Of a DNA stretch of 64,000 bases, positions 18,935 to 28,888 are shown piece after piece. The position numbers and the translations under genes are program-made. The DNA is from an uncultured Eubacterium sp. GTDB taxonomy: Bacteria; Bacillota; Clostridia; Lachnospirales; Lachnospiraceae. The stretch is taken from assembly GCA_910584245.1 (NCBI GenBank), contig CAJTZF010000006.1:86666-150665 (forward strand). Reading direction: 5' to 3'. Each line of letters opens with the position of its first letter. The first letter of the stretch is position 1. The notes beneath the pieces were generated by a model that was given only the letters and a program-made list of their open reading frames with translations, did not search any database and was not told the origin of the DNA.

Positions 18935-20894
18935 GATCGCCTCCCGCCTCGACTTCAATTTTCCGGATTTCCTTCGTGCGGATTTCCTCCACGATATCAC
19001 GGATAAAATCGTCCAGTGGAATCTGTCCTTCCTCTCCTTTATAGCGGCTGCGGAGTGACACCACATGCTCTTCCTGCTCCTTTTGTCCGACAATAAGCAT
19101 GTACGGAATCTTTTTCAGCCTCGCCTCCCGGATTTTGAAACCGATTTTCTCCGACCGGTTATCCACCGTAACATCAATTCCATGATCTGCAAGCTCTTCC
19201 CTCACCTGCTCCGCATATTGTGCATATTTCTCCGAAATCGGCAATACGCGCACCTGCTCCGGACAGAGCCACGTCGGAAATTTACCCGCATATTTCTCAA
19301 TCAGCCATGCCAGCGTCCGCTCATAACAGCCGATCGACGTTCTATGAATAATATATGGCCGCACCTTGTCGCCGTTTTCATCAATATAATACATATCAAA
19401 CTGCTCAGCGAGAAGCGCATCCCACTGGACCGTAATCATCGTATCATCCTTGCCATACACGTTCCTGGCATTAATATCCACCTTCGGACCATAAAATGCC
19501 GCCTCGCCGACATCCTCCGTAAATGGAATTCCAAGTTCCGTCAACACCGTCCGGATATGCTGTTCCGTCTCGTCCCAAACCTCCGGGTCACCGATGTATT
19601 TTTCAGGGTTTTCGGGATCCCATTTGGACAAATGGTAAGTCACATCCTCCTCCAGTCCAAGCGTCTGCAGACAATATTTCGCCAGTGCCAGGCAATCCTT
19701 AAATTCCTGGACCATCTGGTCCGGACGGACAATCAGATGTCCCTCCGATATCGTAAACTGTCTCACTCTCGTCAGTCCGTGCATCTCACCGGATTCCTCA
19801 TTTCGGAATAGCGTAGACGTCTCACCGTAACGGCAGGGCAGATCACGGTACGATTTCTGGCCCGCCTTAAATACATAATACTGGAATGGACACGTCATCG
19901 GACGCAGGGCGAACACCTCTTTTTCCTTTTCCTCGTCGCCGAGCACAAACATGCCCTCCTTGTAGTGGTCCCAATGTCCCGATATTTTGTACAAGTCGGA
20001 CTTTGCCATAAGCGGCGTTTTCGTTCTCATATACCCGCGTTTATCCTCTTCGTCTTCAATCCAGCGCTGTAGCTTCTGAATAATCTTCACACCATTCGGC
20101 ATAAGCAGCGGCAGCCCCTGGCCGATCACATCCACAGTTGTAAAAATCTCCATTTCCCGGCCCAGTTTGTTGTGATCCCTCTTTTTAATGTCTTCCAGGT
20201 GGGCAAGATGGATGTCGAGATCTGCTTTTTTCGTAAATGCCGTTCCATATATGCGGGTAAGCATTTTATTTTTCTCATTTCCTCTCCAGTACGCACCCGA
20301 GGAAGAAATAAGCTTCATCGCCTTCAAAGGCTTCGTACTCATAAGATGTGGTCCCGCGCACAGGTCGATATACTCGCCCTGCTGGTAAAATGAGATCTCC
20401 GCATCCTCCGGTAAATCCTCGATCAGCTCGACCTTATAGGGCTCATCCCTTTTTTTCATCAACTCAATTGCCTCATTTCTAGGCAGAGTAAAACGCTCCA
20501 GCTGCGCTGCCTCCTTGACAATTTTCTTCATTTCTTTCTCAATCTTATCCAGCGCCTCCCGGTCAAGCGATTCCATATCAAAATCATAGTAAAAACCATC
20601 CTGTATCGAGGGCCCAATAGCGCATTTCGCCTCCGGATACATCCGTTTCACCGCCTGTGCAAGCACATGGGCAGCCGTGTGCCGGTATGCCGCCTTCCCC
20701 TCATCGCTGTCAAATGTCAATATATTCAGCTCATGCTCCCCGTCCACTACGGTCCGGAGATCTACTACCTCTCCATCCAGCTCAGCGACACAGGCAACCC
20801 TGGCCAGTCCCTCGCTAATATCTTTCGCAATGTCTGCCACCGCCATCGGCTCTGCATATTCTTTACAAGAGCCATCTTTCAACATAACTTTCAT
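18924..20894 (-). CDS. thrS: Threonine--tRNA ligase
   Basis: TGS domain, HTAAH, DLCAGPH, RDHNKLG, LRPMTCP, GLTRVRQF, FYGPK motifs. Confidence 0.98.
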   Translation of the reverse strand: MKVMLKDGSCKEYAEPMAVADIAKDISEGLARVACVAELDGEVVDLRTVVDGEHELNILTFDSDEGKAAYRHTAAHVLAQAVKRMYPEAKCAIGPSIQDGFYYDFDMESLDREALDKIEKEMKKIVKEAAQLERFTLPRNEAIELMKKRDEPYKVELIEDLPEDAEISFYQQGEYIDLCAGPHLMSTKPLKAMKLISSSGAYWRGNEKNKMLTRIYGTAFTKKADLDIHLAHLEDIKKRDHNKLGREMEIFTTVDVIGQGLPLLMPNGVKIIQKLQRWIEDEEDKRGYMRTKTPLMAKSDLYKISGHWDHYKEGMFVLGDEEKEKEVFALRPMTCPFQYYVFKAGQKSYRDLPCRYGETSTLFRNEESGEMHGLTRVRQFTISEGHLIVRPDQMVQEFKDCLALAKYCLQTLGLEEDVTYHLSKWDPENPEKYIGDPEVWDETEQHIRTVLTELGIPFTEDVGEAAFYGPKVDINARNVYGKDDTMITVQWDALLAEQFDMYYIDENGDKVRPYIIHRTSIGCYERTLAWLIEKYAGKFPTWLCPEQVRVLPISEKYAQYAEQVREELADHGIDVTVDNRSEKIGFKIREARLKKIPYMLIVGQKEQEEHVVSLRSRYKGEEGQIPLDDFIRDIVEEIRTKEIRKIEVEAGGDHGE

Positions 20895-20947
20895 TGTCTT
20901 CCCTTTCCTTTCCTAAATTTTTCGCGCGCCGCTTATTCGGCACATAA

Positions 20948-21290
20948 CAAAAACCCGCCCCTACAAACGCTATCGTTTACAGGGACGGGCATAAATGACT
21001 ACTATTTCCCGCGGTTCCACCCTTATTGGCATCTATGTTTCACTGCTGCATCTAAACGGTCTCACAGTACTTGCCGCTGGCCAGCAGGCACAGGCAGATA
21101 CCCGGCTTCATTCTGACGATAACGGTGTCACCGGACCGGATTAGGGCCACTCCGAGATGGTCTTCCAATGCTTCCCACGCAGGTGATTCCAGCCTGTCAC
21201 CTACGGATCCATCCTGAATCAAATGAACTCCGCAAAGTGCCCGTCACCTTTCTCTGTCATGTTTCACATCTTACTCTTCTCTTCAACATG
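20948..21290 (-). promoter_or_regulatory. T-box riboswitch (Thr, ACC specifier)
   Basis: AAGGGTGGAACCGCG at 21024-21010; terminator GCCCGTCCCTGTAAACG..CGTTTGTAGGGGCGGGTTTT; AGTA, AGAGA and GCTG stem I motifs; GAAG-ACC-A specifier 21161-21159; CCGTTA stem IIA/B. Confidence 0.93.
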
Positions 21291-21298
21291 TTACAAAC

Positions 21299-21327
21299 AT
21301 TATAATCATTTCAAATATAATTGTCAA
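21299..21327 (-). promoter_or_regulatory. sigmaA promoter of the thrS leader
   Basis: TTGACA-17bp-TATAAT, perfect consensus. Confidence 0.9.
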
Positions 21328-21351
21328 CGGTTAATTTTCTCAAAAAACCGT

Positions 21352-23115
21352 TCAGGATTGCTCGGAAGCTGCGGGCTCCTCCGACGTCACGGCCTCTTCT
21401 TCCGTCGCCACCGCCGGAACCTCCTCTCTCTCCTCTGACCAGTCACCCCGCTTAATCTCCGCTCTTCTTACCTTGCCGCTTATCGTCTTCGGAAGCTCTT
21501 TCGCAAAATCTACGATCTTCGGCCATTTATAAGAGGCAATATTCTTTTTCAAATATTTCACGATGTCATTTTTCATGTGCTCGTCGCCCTCGTTGCCATC
21601 GGCAAGCACAACCGTAGCCTTGATTGCCTGGCCACGGATGCGGTCCGGCACGGAAGTAACGGCGCACTCCAGCACATAGGGCAGCTTCATAATCTCATTT
21701 TCTATCTCAAACGGCCCGATGCGGTAACCGGCGGACTTAATCACGTCATCCACACGTCCAACGTACCAGAAATAACCGTCCTCATCCATAAACGCCGTGT
21801 CTCCCGTATGATAATAACCGTCATACCAGACCGCATCGGTCTTCTCCTTATCATTGTAATACCCGGTAAACAAGCCGTCCGGGGCGCCATCGTCTGTCCT
21901 CACTACGATTTCCCCCTCTTCGCCCGGTTCAGCCAGCGTTCCGTCCGGGCGCATAACAGAAATATCATAAAGTGGATTTGGCTTTCCCATAGAGCCCGGC
22001 CTTGGCGTCATACCATTTAAGTTTCCGACCAGCATCGTCGTTTCCGTCTGGCCGAACCCTTCCATAATATCAAATCCCGTCTTTTCCTTGAATTTATCAA
22101 AGACCTTCGGATTGAGCGCCTCCCCCGCCGTCGTCACATTTTGCAGGGATGACAAATCATAATTTTCAAGCTTCAAATGAACCATGACACGGTACACGGT
22201 CGGAGGCGCACAAAAAGTTGTAATCCGGTACTTTTCAATCATTTTGAGAATATCTTTGGCGTCAAAATCATCGAAATCATATACAAAAATTGCCGCCTCA
22301 CATATCCACTGCCCATAAATTTTTCCCCACATCGCCTTCGCCCATCCCGTATCTGAGAGCGTAAAATGGATTCCGTCCGGGTCCACCTGGTGCCAGTACT
22401 TTGCCGTCACAAAATGGCCCAACGGGTATTTATAACAGTGCGTCGTTATTTTCGGATAGGAAGTTGTACCAGATGTAAAAAACATAACCATTGGATCCTC
22501 CCCGCCAGGAGCGTCCTGCGGCCGGTTAAAATTAGAAGAGAAATAGCGGATATCCTTATTAAAGCAATGCCAGGATTCTCTTGCTCCCCCGACCATAATT
22601 TTAGTCCGGAGCCTACTATTTCCTCTCGCCGCCTTGTCGACTTCCCTGGACACCTCTCCATCCGCCGTGCAGATGATCGCATCTATCTCGCCAACCTTAA
22701 AACGGTACTCAAAATCTTTTTTTGTCAAAAGATCCGCCGCCGGAATTGCCACAGCGCCGATTTTATGAAGGGCAATCAGGGAAAACCAAAACTGGAAATG
22801 CCGCTTCAAAACGAGCATCACCTTGTCGCCCCTTTTAATTCCTAAATAACTGAAATAATTGGCCGCCTTATTTGAATATTTTGCCATATCCCGGTAAGAA
22901 AACCGTCTTTCCCGTCCCTCCTTCGACACATAAAGCATCGCAAGCTTATCCGGACATTTCTTTGCCATTACATCAATGACATCATACGCAAAATTGAATT
23001 TTTCGTCGTTTTTAAAGGAAATTGAGTGTAATACGCCGTCTTCGTCTAAAGCTGTTTCCGTATAATGGTCCGCAATGCCGACCAGACCGTATTTCTTACC
23101 TTCTGCACATCCCAT
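21352..23115 (-). CDS. AMP-binding acyl-CoA/acetyl-CoA synthetase
   Basis: FTSGTTSYPK, GFGQTE, YHTGD, GRVDD, LPKTISGK motifs. Confidence 0.9.
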   Translation of the reverse strand: MGCAEGKKYGLVGIADHYTETALDEDGVLHSISFKNDEKFNFAYDVIDVMAKKCPDKLAMLYVSKEGRERRFSYRDMAKYSNKAANYFSYLGIKRGDKVMLVLKRHFQFWFSLIALHKIGAVAIPAADLLTKKDFEYRFKVGEIDAIICTADGEVSREVDKAARGNSRLRTKIMVGGARESWHCFNKDIRYFSSNFNRPQDAPGGEDPMVMFFTSGTTSYPKITTHCYKYPLGHFVTAKYWHQVDPDGIHFTLSDTGWAKAMWGKIYGQWICEAAIFVYDFDDFDAKDILKMIEKYRITTFCAPPTVYRVMVHLKLENYDLSSLQNVTTAGEALNPKVFDKFKEKTGFDIMEGFGQTETTMLVGNLNGMTPRPGSMGKPNPLYDISVMRPDGTLAEPGEEGEIVVRTDDGAPDGLFTGYYNDKEKTDAVWYDGYYHTGDTAFMDEDGYFWYVGRVDDVIKSAGYRIGPFEIENEIMKLPYVLECAVTSVPDRIRGQAIKATVVLADGNEGDEHMKNDIVKYLKKNIASYKWPKIVDFAKELPKTISGKVRRAEIKRGDWSEEREEVPAVATEEEAVTSEEPAASEQS

Positions 23116-23306
23116 AATACTTACTTCCTTTCGTTGTTGTCATATTTACTATATGTAGTTTTCAATACTACGTTCTTTTCTTATGATATAACATGCCGCC
23201 TGCCCTGTCAAGATATTATTCTTATATTTAGATTTTCCTTTGACCCATCTTTTAAAATATGCTATTCTATTAGGAAAAGATGACGGTTTAGACGGGAGGT
23301 ATACCG

Positions 23307-23687
23307 ATGAAAATTAAACGGGGAGACAAACTGTTCCTTCTCTTCCTTTTCCTGGCAGGAATCGGTCTGGGCGCAGGCATTTACTTGCCCCGCTCCGGCC
23401 CCGGCAGCCATGTCGAAGTCCGGATCAATGGAACGGCCGTTGCCACATACCCGCTCTCATCGAACCTCCGGCAAACTATTTCCTGCCCGGACGGCGGTTC
23501 CAATACGTTTGAGATCAAAGACGGCGTTGTCTTTATGAGGGAGGCGGACTGCCATGACAAAGTATGTGTCGGTATGCGCGGCATTTCAAGCGCCGGGGAG
23601 ACCATCGTATGCCTTCCCCATAAACTGGTACTGGCTATTGCCGGCCCGGACGGGGCTACTCCCGGTCTTGACGCCGTGACTGGCTAG
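23307..23687 (+). CDS. NusG domain II (DUF1312) membrane-anchored protein
   Basis: MKxxD start, N-terminal TM, ADCHDKVCV..I..GETIVCLPHKL. Confidence 0.88.
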   Translation: MKIKRGDKLFLLFLFLAGIGLGAGIYLPRSGPGSHVEVRINGTAVATYPLSSNLRQTISCPDGGSNTFEIKDGVVFMREADCHDKVCVGMRGISSAGETIVCLPHKLVLAIAGPDGATPGLDAVTG

Positions 23688-23771
23688 TAGAACGTCTATC
23701 AAAGAAATAGCATTAAGACCTTGGAGATGGTCTATAAACACTACTACTTTATTATATGAGCGAGGTTGAGG

Positions 23772-24278
23772 ATGAAATATATCAAACAGCAGTCCGAATT
23801 TTCTATCTATACCGCACTAGCTTTTATATTCGGTTATATTGAAAGTCTCATTCCCCTGCCCGTTCCCTTTCCGGGCATGAAAATCGGGCTGGCAAACCTG
23901 ATTATAATGATTGCCTTATATCGGAAAGGCTTCCGCTACGCATTTGGCATTTCCATGCTCCGGAATCTCCTCAATGCCTTTACCTTCGGCAGTCTGTTCA
24001 GTTTTCTTTACAGTCTGGCGGGAAGTATTTTGAGCCTGCTTGTTATGGGTCTTATGAAAAAAGGGACCGGTTCCCATCTCTCCGTCATATCCGTCAGCGC
24101 ACTCGGAGGAATCATCCACAACATGGGACAGCTATTGGTGGCCGCCTGTCTTGTAGGATTTCCATCTGTCCTCTGGTATATGCCGCTTTTGTACTTTTGC
24201 GGACTGCTCACTGGTGGGTTTATCGGAATAATCAGCGCGCAATGTCTGATCCGGCTTCCCCTGGAGGAACCATTTTGA
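23772..24278 (+). CDS. Gx transporter family protein (annotated heptaprenyl-PP synthase component I)
   Basis: IESLIP..PGMKIGLAN, SALGGIIHNMGQL. Confidence 0.88.
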   Translation: MKYIKQQSEFSIYTALAFIFGYIESLIPLPVPFPGMKIGLANLIIMIALYRKGFRYAFGISMLRNLLNAFTFGSLFSFLYSLAGSILSLLVMGLMKKGTGSHLSVISVSALGGIIHNMGQLLVAACLVGFPSVLWYMPLLYFCGLLTGGFIGIISAQCLIRLPLEEPF

Positions 24279-24428
24279 CAACTACTGAAATAGGCAGAAA
24301 ACCGGATATTTTCCACTAATATTATAGATGAAAATTATTTTACGACGTCAATGTGCCTTTTTTTACAAAACTTGATCTTTTTTAATATATAAACTTCTTT
24401 TTTTTCATATTTTTTAACCATTTTTTTA

Positions 24429-24457
24429 TTGACTAATGTCGAAACAAATGCTAAAAT
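24429..24457 (+). promoter_or_regulatory. abrB sigmaA promoter containing a Spo0A box
   Basis: TTGACT-17bp-TAAAAT with extended TG; TGTCGAA at 24437-24443. Confidence 0.7.
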
Positions 24458-24519
24458 TAAAGCAATGAATAAAATTGACAAGTAGATATTGTGACATATA
24501 TCACAGAAGGAGATTGGTT

Positions 24520-24774
24520 ATGAAAAACACAGGAATTGTAAGACAGTTAGATGTGTTAGGCCGTATTACCATTCCAATTGAACTTCGACGTTCCCTTGGA
24601 ATTAGTGACAGAGAGTCTTTAGAGATTTATACGGAAGATAGCAAAATTATATTGGCAAAATACGAGCCTAGTGATGTTTTTACGGGTTCGCAGGAAGACT
24701 TAATTGAGTATCATGGGAAATTGGTTTCCAAGAAATCAATTGAGGAGTTATCTAAGCTAGCTGGTTTAATTTAA
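24520..24774 (+). CDS. abrB: AbrB/MazE/SpoVT family transition-state regulator
   Basis: MKNTGIVRQLDVLGRITIPIELRR; convergent with rsmI as in Bacillus; AAGGAG RBS. Confidence 0.88.
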   Translation: MKNTGIVRQLDVLGRITIPIELRRSLGISDRESLEIYTEDSKIILAKYEPSDVFTGSQEDLIEYHGKLVSKKSIEELSKLAGLI

Positions 24775-24793
24775 TTATATATCCCTTTAGTGT

Positions 24794-24822
24794 GGCAGGA
24801 GCCCCCCTAGACTCCTGCCTTT
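24794..24822 (+). terminator. Hairpin terminator between abrB and rsmI
   Basis: GGCAGGAG...CTCCTGCC-TTT. Confidence 0.55.
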
Positions 24823-25670
24823 CCTTTATCCAAATTTATGAGCGCCCTATACAGCTCATTTTTTCCCATACCCCTCTCTTTGGCGACGATTTTCATTGCC
24901 TCTTTCCGGCTCATTCCGTCTGACGTATACAGCCTCATATGTTCCTCTATGGGCACGTTCTCCCACTCTTTTCGCTCTTCTCTGCCGATTTCGTCTGCGT
25001 CCGCCCCCTCTAACACAAACACAAATTCACCTTTCGGCTCATGAGTGTTAAAAAACTCAATCGCTTCTGCCAGCGTACACTGCATCACATTTTCATGCTT
25101 TTTTGTAAGCTCCTTGCAGACCGCAATTTTCCGCCCCCCTTGCACGACGTCCGCCACGAACCCAAGTGTTTTCACGAGCCGGTGCGGAGCCTCATAAAAT
25201 ACGGTCGTATACGTAGTGTTACGGACGCGTTCCAGCACCTCTTTTCTCTCTTTTTTATCGCGGGGAAGAAACCCCTCAAAAGCAAAATTTCTCGTAGGCA
25301 GTCCGGACAGCGTAAGCGCCGTGACCACAGCTGAAGCTCCCGGGAGAGAAGTAACCGGAATTCCCTTCTCATACGCAGCAAGAGCGAGTTCGGCCCCTGG
25401 ATCTGAAATGGCAGGCGTGCCCGCATCCGTTACCAGCGCAATATTTTTCCCCTCCAAAAGCTCCTTTACGAGAACCGGGGTCTTCTGATATTTATTGTGT
25501 TCATGATAGCTGACGAGCGGCTTCTTTATACCAAAGTGGTTTAGCAGCTTGACCGTCTGTCTTGTGTCCTCCGCCGCAATGACGTCAACTTCCCTCAGCG
25601 TGCGGAGCACCCGCAGCGTAATATCTTCTAAATTTCCGATCGGTGTAGCGCAAAGAAATAATGTCCCCAT
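24807..25670 (-). CDS. rsmI: 16S rRNA (cytidine1402-2'-O)-methyltransferase
   Basis: ATPIGNLEDIT, AEDTR, DAGTPAISDPG, FYEAPHR, ELTKKHE. Confidence 0.96.
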   Translation of the reverse strand: MGTLFLCATPIGNLEDITLRVLRTLREVDVIAAEDTRQTVKLLNHFGIKKPLVSYHEHNKYQKTPVLVKELLEGKNIALVTDAGTPAISDPGAELALAAYEKGIPVTSLPGASAVVTALTLSGLPTRNFAFEGFLPRDKKERKEVLERVRNTTYTTVFYEAPHRLVKTLGFVADVVQGGRKIAVCKELTKKHENVMQCTLAEAIEFFNTHEPKGEFVFVLEGADADEIGREERKEWENVPIEEHMRLYTSDGMSRKEAMKIVAKERGMGKNELYRALINLDKGKAGV

Positions 25671-25687
25671 ACAGCTTCTCCTTATTT

Positions 25688-26455
25688 TTATATTGTCCCA
25701 TTGTAATACAAGTTTTTCACCTCATCTGTATACTCGCCGGTCCCACGATATACAACCAACGGCTTCTCGACCGTTATACGGGGCTTTCCCCCGCGGGTTC
25801 CCTCAATCAAAACCATATTAGGTTCTTTGTCCACGTACGGGTACACAAGGCGCATCCGTTTTGGCTCCAGCTTATATTTCGTCATCGTATTCATAATCTC
25901 ACTCAGACGGAATGGACGGTGTACCATAAAAAAATGCCCTCCCGGTTTGAGCAGCGCCGCGCTCTCACGCACGACGTCCCCGAGCGTGCAAAGCAGCTCA
26001 TGTCTTGCCACTGCTTTATGTTCCGCCATATTTGTCAACCCGTGGGCGTTTGTCATATATGGCGGATTTGCCGTGACAACATCAAAGGAAGCCGCCTTAA
26101 AATACGAAGACGCTTCCCGAATATCACCCGTCGTAATATGTACCCGTCCTTCCAGACGATTATAAAGGATACTGCGTCTCGCCATATCCGCAATATCCTC
26201 TTGAATCTCCAATCCCTCAAACCGGCTTCCCTTTGTCTTTGCCGAAAGCAAAATCGGTATGACCCCATTACCACTCCCGAGATCCAGAACACGGCTCCCC
26301 TCTGGCACTTTCACAAACGACGTGAGCAAAACCGCATCCATACCAAAACAAAACCAATCCGGATTTTGTATAATCCTAAGTCCCCCGCACTGCAAATCGT
26401 CCAGGCGCTCGCATTCCCTCAAATACTCATTGTCATCAAAGCTCGTATGTCCCAT
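25688..26455 (-). CDS. tRNA1(Val) adenine37-N6 methyltransferase (YabB-like)
   Basis: FGMDAVLL, DLGSGNG, NPPY, ARHE. Confidence 0.9.
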   Translation of the reverse strand: MGHTSFDDNEYLRECERLDDLQCGGLRIIQNPDWFCFGMDAVLLTSFVKVPEGSRVLDLGSGNGVIPILLSAKTKGSRFEGLEIQEDIADMARRSILYNRLEGRVHITTGDIREASSYFKAASFDVVTANPPYMTNAHGLTNMAEHKAVARHELLCTLGDVVRESAALLKPGGHFFMVHRPFRLSEIMNTMTKYKLEPKRMRLVYPYVDKEPNMVLIEGTRGGKPRITVEKPLVVYRGTGEYTDEVKNLYYNGTI

Positions 26456-27360
26456 CAGATTTTTGACTTACCTTCCTTTTTTTCCATCGCTTCCAGCGCC
26501 TTTAGCTCCTTATCCGCCTCGGAGGTATGATTGCGGCGGCGCTCTCTCTTAAATTTCAGCTCGTCCGCCTGGTATTCGCGAACTTCTTTTTCATCGTTAT
26601 CCAGCGTCACGACCACTTTCACTTTCTGTTTCAGGACGCTCACGCTCTGCACTTCCCCTAACAGCCCATCCGGCGTCTTTACACGGCTTCCGACATTAGG
26701 AAGATGGCTGTTCAGCTCCTCGTACGCCTCTTCCTCATTTTTCAGACAGCACATCAGTCTTCCACACACGCCGGATATCTTTGTCGGATTCAAGGAAAGA
26801 TTCTGTTCTTTCGCCATTTTAATCGACACGGGTGCAAACTCAGACATATACGTATGGCAACAAAGCGCACGCCCGCATATACCGATACCGCCTCTGAGTT
26901 TCGTCTCGTCCCGGACGCCGATCTGCCGGAGTTCAATCCTCGTTCGGAAAACAGAAGCCAGGTCCTTCACCAGCTCACGAAAATCAATGCGCCCATCTGC
27001 GGTAAAATAAAATAATAATTTATTTTTATCAAAGGTGTATTCCGCAGAAATAAGCTTCATCTCCAGCCCATGCTTAGCTATTTTTTCTAAACATATCTGA
27101 AAGGCTTCTTTCTCTTCTTCCCGGTTCCTTCGCTCAAACTCCTCGTCCTCTTCCGTAGCGGTACGCATAATATTTTTCAGCGGCGCCACCAGCTTTTCCT
27201 CCGGCATCTCGGTCGGCGGAAGAACTACCGTACCATATTCTACCCCCTTCGCCGTCTCCACAATGACATGGGTACCTCTTTTTATATCCTTATTTTTACC
27301 CGGGTTAAAATAATAGATTTTTCCGGCCTGGCGAAACCGAACTCCTATGATCGTTTTCAA
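26455..27360 (-). CDS. ricT: PSP1 domain protein RicT/YaaT
   Basis: RIDFRELVKDLA, RIELRQIGVRDE, GICGRALCC, SGVCGRLMCCL; TTG start after GAGGAGG. Confidence 0.92.
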   Translation of the reverse strand: MKTIIGVRFRQAGKIYYFNPGKNKDIKRGTHVIVETAKGVEYGTVVLPPTEMPEEKLVAPLKNIMRTATEEDEEFERRNREEEKEAFQICLEKIAKHGLEMKLISAEYTFDKNKLLFYFTADGRIDFRELVKDLASVFRTRIELRQIGVRDETKLRGGIGICGRALCCHTYMSEFAPVSIKMAKEQNLSLNPTKISGVCGRLMCCLKNEEEAYEELNSHLPNVGSRVKTPDGLLGEVQSVSVLKQKVKVVVTLDNDEKEVREYQADELKFKRERRRNHTSEADKELKALEAMEKKEGKSKI

Positions 27361-27372
27361 CTTATATTCCTC

Positions 27373-28359
27373 CTATTGCTTTAGTGACAAAAGCATCAGC
27401 TCCATAGCAACTTCAAAGTTGACATTTGCCTTGAGCCGAAGCTTCGCCTTGTCAAAGGCGCACAAAATCTGTTCTATTTTCTCATAATCGCGCTGGTTTG
27501 CCTCCTCTGAAATCGCGCTGTACTCACTCTGGAAAATTAAATGGTTCATATTTTTCGTAGCTTTAAATAAAAGCACATCCCGGTACCACAGTACCATGAG
27601 ATCTATATAATCTTTGGCATTATCCTTATCCTCGCCAATCTCCTTTATGATTTCAAGCATTTCCGATATATCCATAGTATGTACATTCTTCAGTATTCTT
27701 AACACCTTGTCCCGCTTTTCCTCAAAATCCTCCGACTCGATGTACCGGATGGCCTTTCCCAGATTCCCCTGGGCAAAGATCGCACTCGTCCTCGCGCGGT
27801 AATCCACCACATCATAATTCTCAATCAGGTACTTTTCGATTGTGGCAGTAGAAAGAGGGCGGAATTCCATTTTCAAACACCGGGACTGGATCGTCGGAAG
27901 CAGGGCGTCCATATTACTCGTGAGAAGCAGAATAATGCCATATTCCGGCGGCTCCTCAATCGTCTTTAAGAGAGCGTTCTGCGCCGCTTCCGTCATGCGG
28001 TCTGCCTCCGGCACAATATAGATCTTATACGGACTGGAAAAAGGCTTCACGGCAATCGAACTATTAATCTTTTCCCGGATGTCGTCCACGCCGATACTGG
28101 ACAATTCCCGGTTTACCCAAATCACATCCGGCTGATTGCCGGAATTTATCTGCTTACAGGAAGCGCACACGCCGCACGGCCGATCAAATCCCTCCGACGT
28201 ACACTGCAGTCCCGCCGCAAATGTCCTCGCCATCGTCTCCTTGCCGCAGCCCACCTCGCCGTGAAAAATATAGGCATGAAACGGCATGTCACCCCGTATG
28301 GCCATCTGTAAATGTTCCTTAATTTCCTCATGTCCCATTATCTCTGAAAATAAAAACAT
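27373..28359 (-). CDS. holB: DNA polymerase III subunit delta'
   Basis: HAYIFHG..GKE, C..C..C..C zinc motif, QNALLKTIEEPP, TIQSRC. Confidence 0.92.
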   Translation of the reverse strand: MFLFSEIMGHEEIKEHLQMAIRGDMPFHAYIFHGEVGCGKETMARTFAAGLQCTSEGFDRPCGVCASCKQINSGNQPDVIWVNRELSSIGVDDIREKINSSIAVKPFSSPYKIYIVPEADRMTEAAQNALLKTIEEPPEYGIILLLTSNMDALLPTIQSRCLKMEFRPLSTATIEKYLIENYDVVDYRARTSAIFAQGNLGKAIRYIESEDFEEKRDKVLRILKNVHTMDISEMLEIIKEIGEDKDNAKDYIDLMVLWYRDVLLFKATKNMNHLIFQSEYSAISEEANQRDYEKIEQILCAFDKAKLRLKANVNFEVAMELMLLSLKQ

Positions 28360-28402
28360 AAATACCGCCTCCCTTTCTCCGTCCAGCGCCAAACTGTTTA
28401 CG

Positions 28403-28843
28403 CTACGTCAGTATATCAAGCAGAAGTCCCCGGATCTCGTCAATTCTTCCTAAGATTGCCAGATGGTCCTTTTCCTCCTGCATCAACTCCTGTGCCAGCT
28501 CGTCAAGAGCTGCGTTGACCCTCTTAATCATTCCGTATACACGGTGCCTTCCCCGCCGGTCAAGGAAATTTTCCCGGCTGAATTTATGGGAACGGTTTAC
28601 AATCTCATTCATAAATTCCTGGACCAGCTTCCGGTAATGCTTCATATCTCTTACATCCATATGCTTTCCCAGCTTCTTGCCCTGCATCGTAATATCTTCC
28701 ATCATCAGGGAGAGCCGCGCCTGAAGTCCGTCCTCCTCCAACGAGCTCATCAGGGTGAACTTAAAATCCTCACTGGACTCCTGCATCGGTTTCACCGGCG
28801 TTGCCGCTGCCGTCTGTTGAACTGTATCAACCTTTATGTCCAC
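28403..28843 (-). CDS. YaaR (DUF327) family protein
   Basis: YRKLVQEFM, GRHRVY, EIRGLLLD; position upstream of holB. Confidence 0.88.
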   Translation of the reverse strand: MDIKVDTVQQTAAATPVKPMQESSEDFKFTLMSSLEEDGLQARLSLMMEDITMQGKKLGKHMDVRDMKHYRKLVQEFMNEIVNRSHKFSRENFLDRRGRHRVYGMIKRVNAALDELAQELMQEEKDHLAILGRIDEIRGLLLDILT

Positions 28844-28888
28844 CTTCTCATCACCTCCGCTCCTTTCATTATATCATCTTTCTGTTTT

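Noticed and set aside
19065..19811. 248-aa plus-strand ORF
   Set aside because: Shadow of thrS
20667..21438. ORFs across the thrS leader
   Set aside because: The region is explained by the T-box and its promoter
24520..24774. AbrB/MazE as an antitoxin
   Set aside because: No adjacent toxin; sequence and position match transition-state AbrB
25661..26530. 289-aa plus-strand ORF
   Set aside because: Antisense to the tRNA methyltransferase
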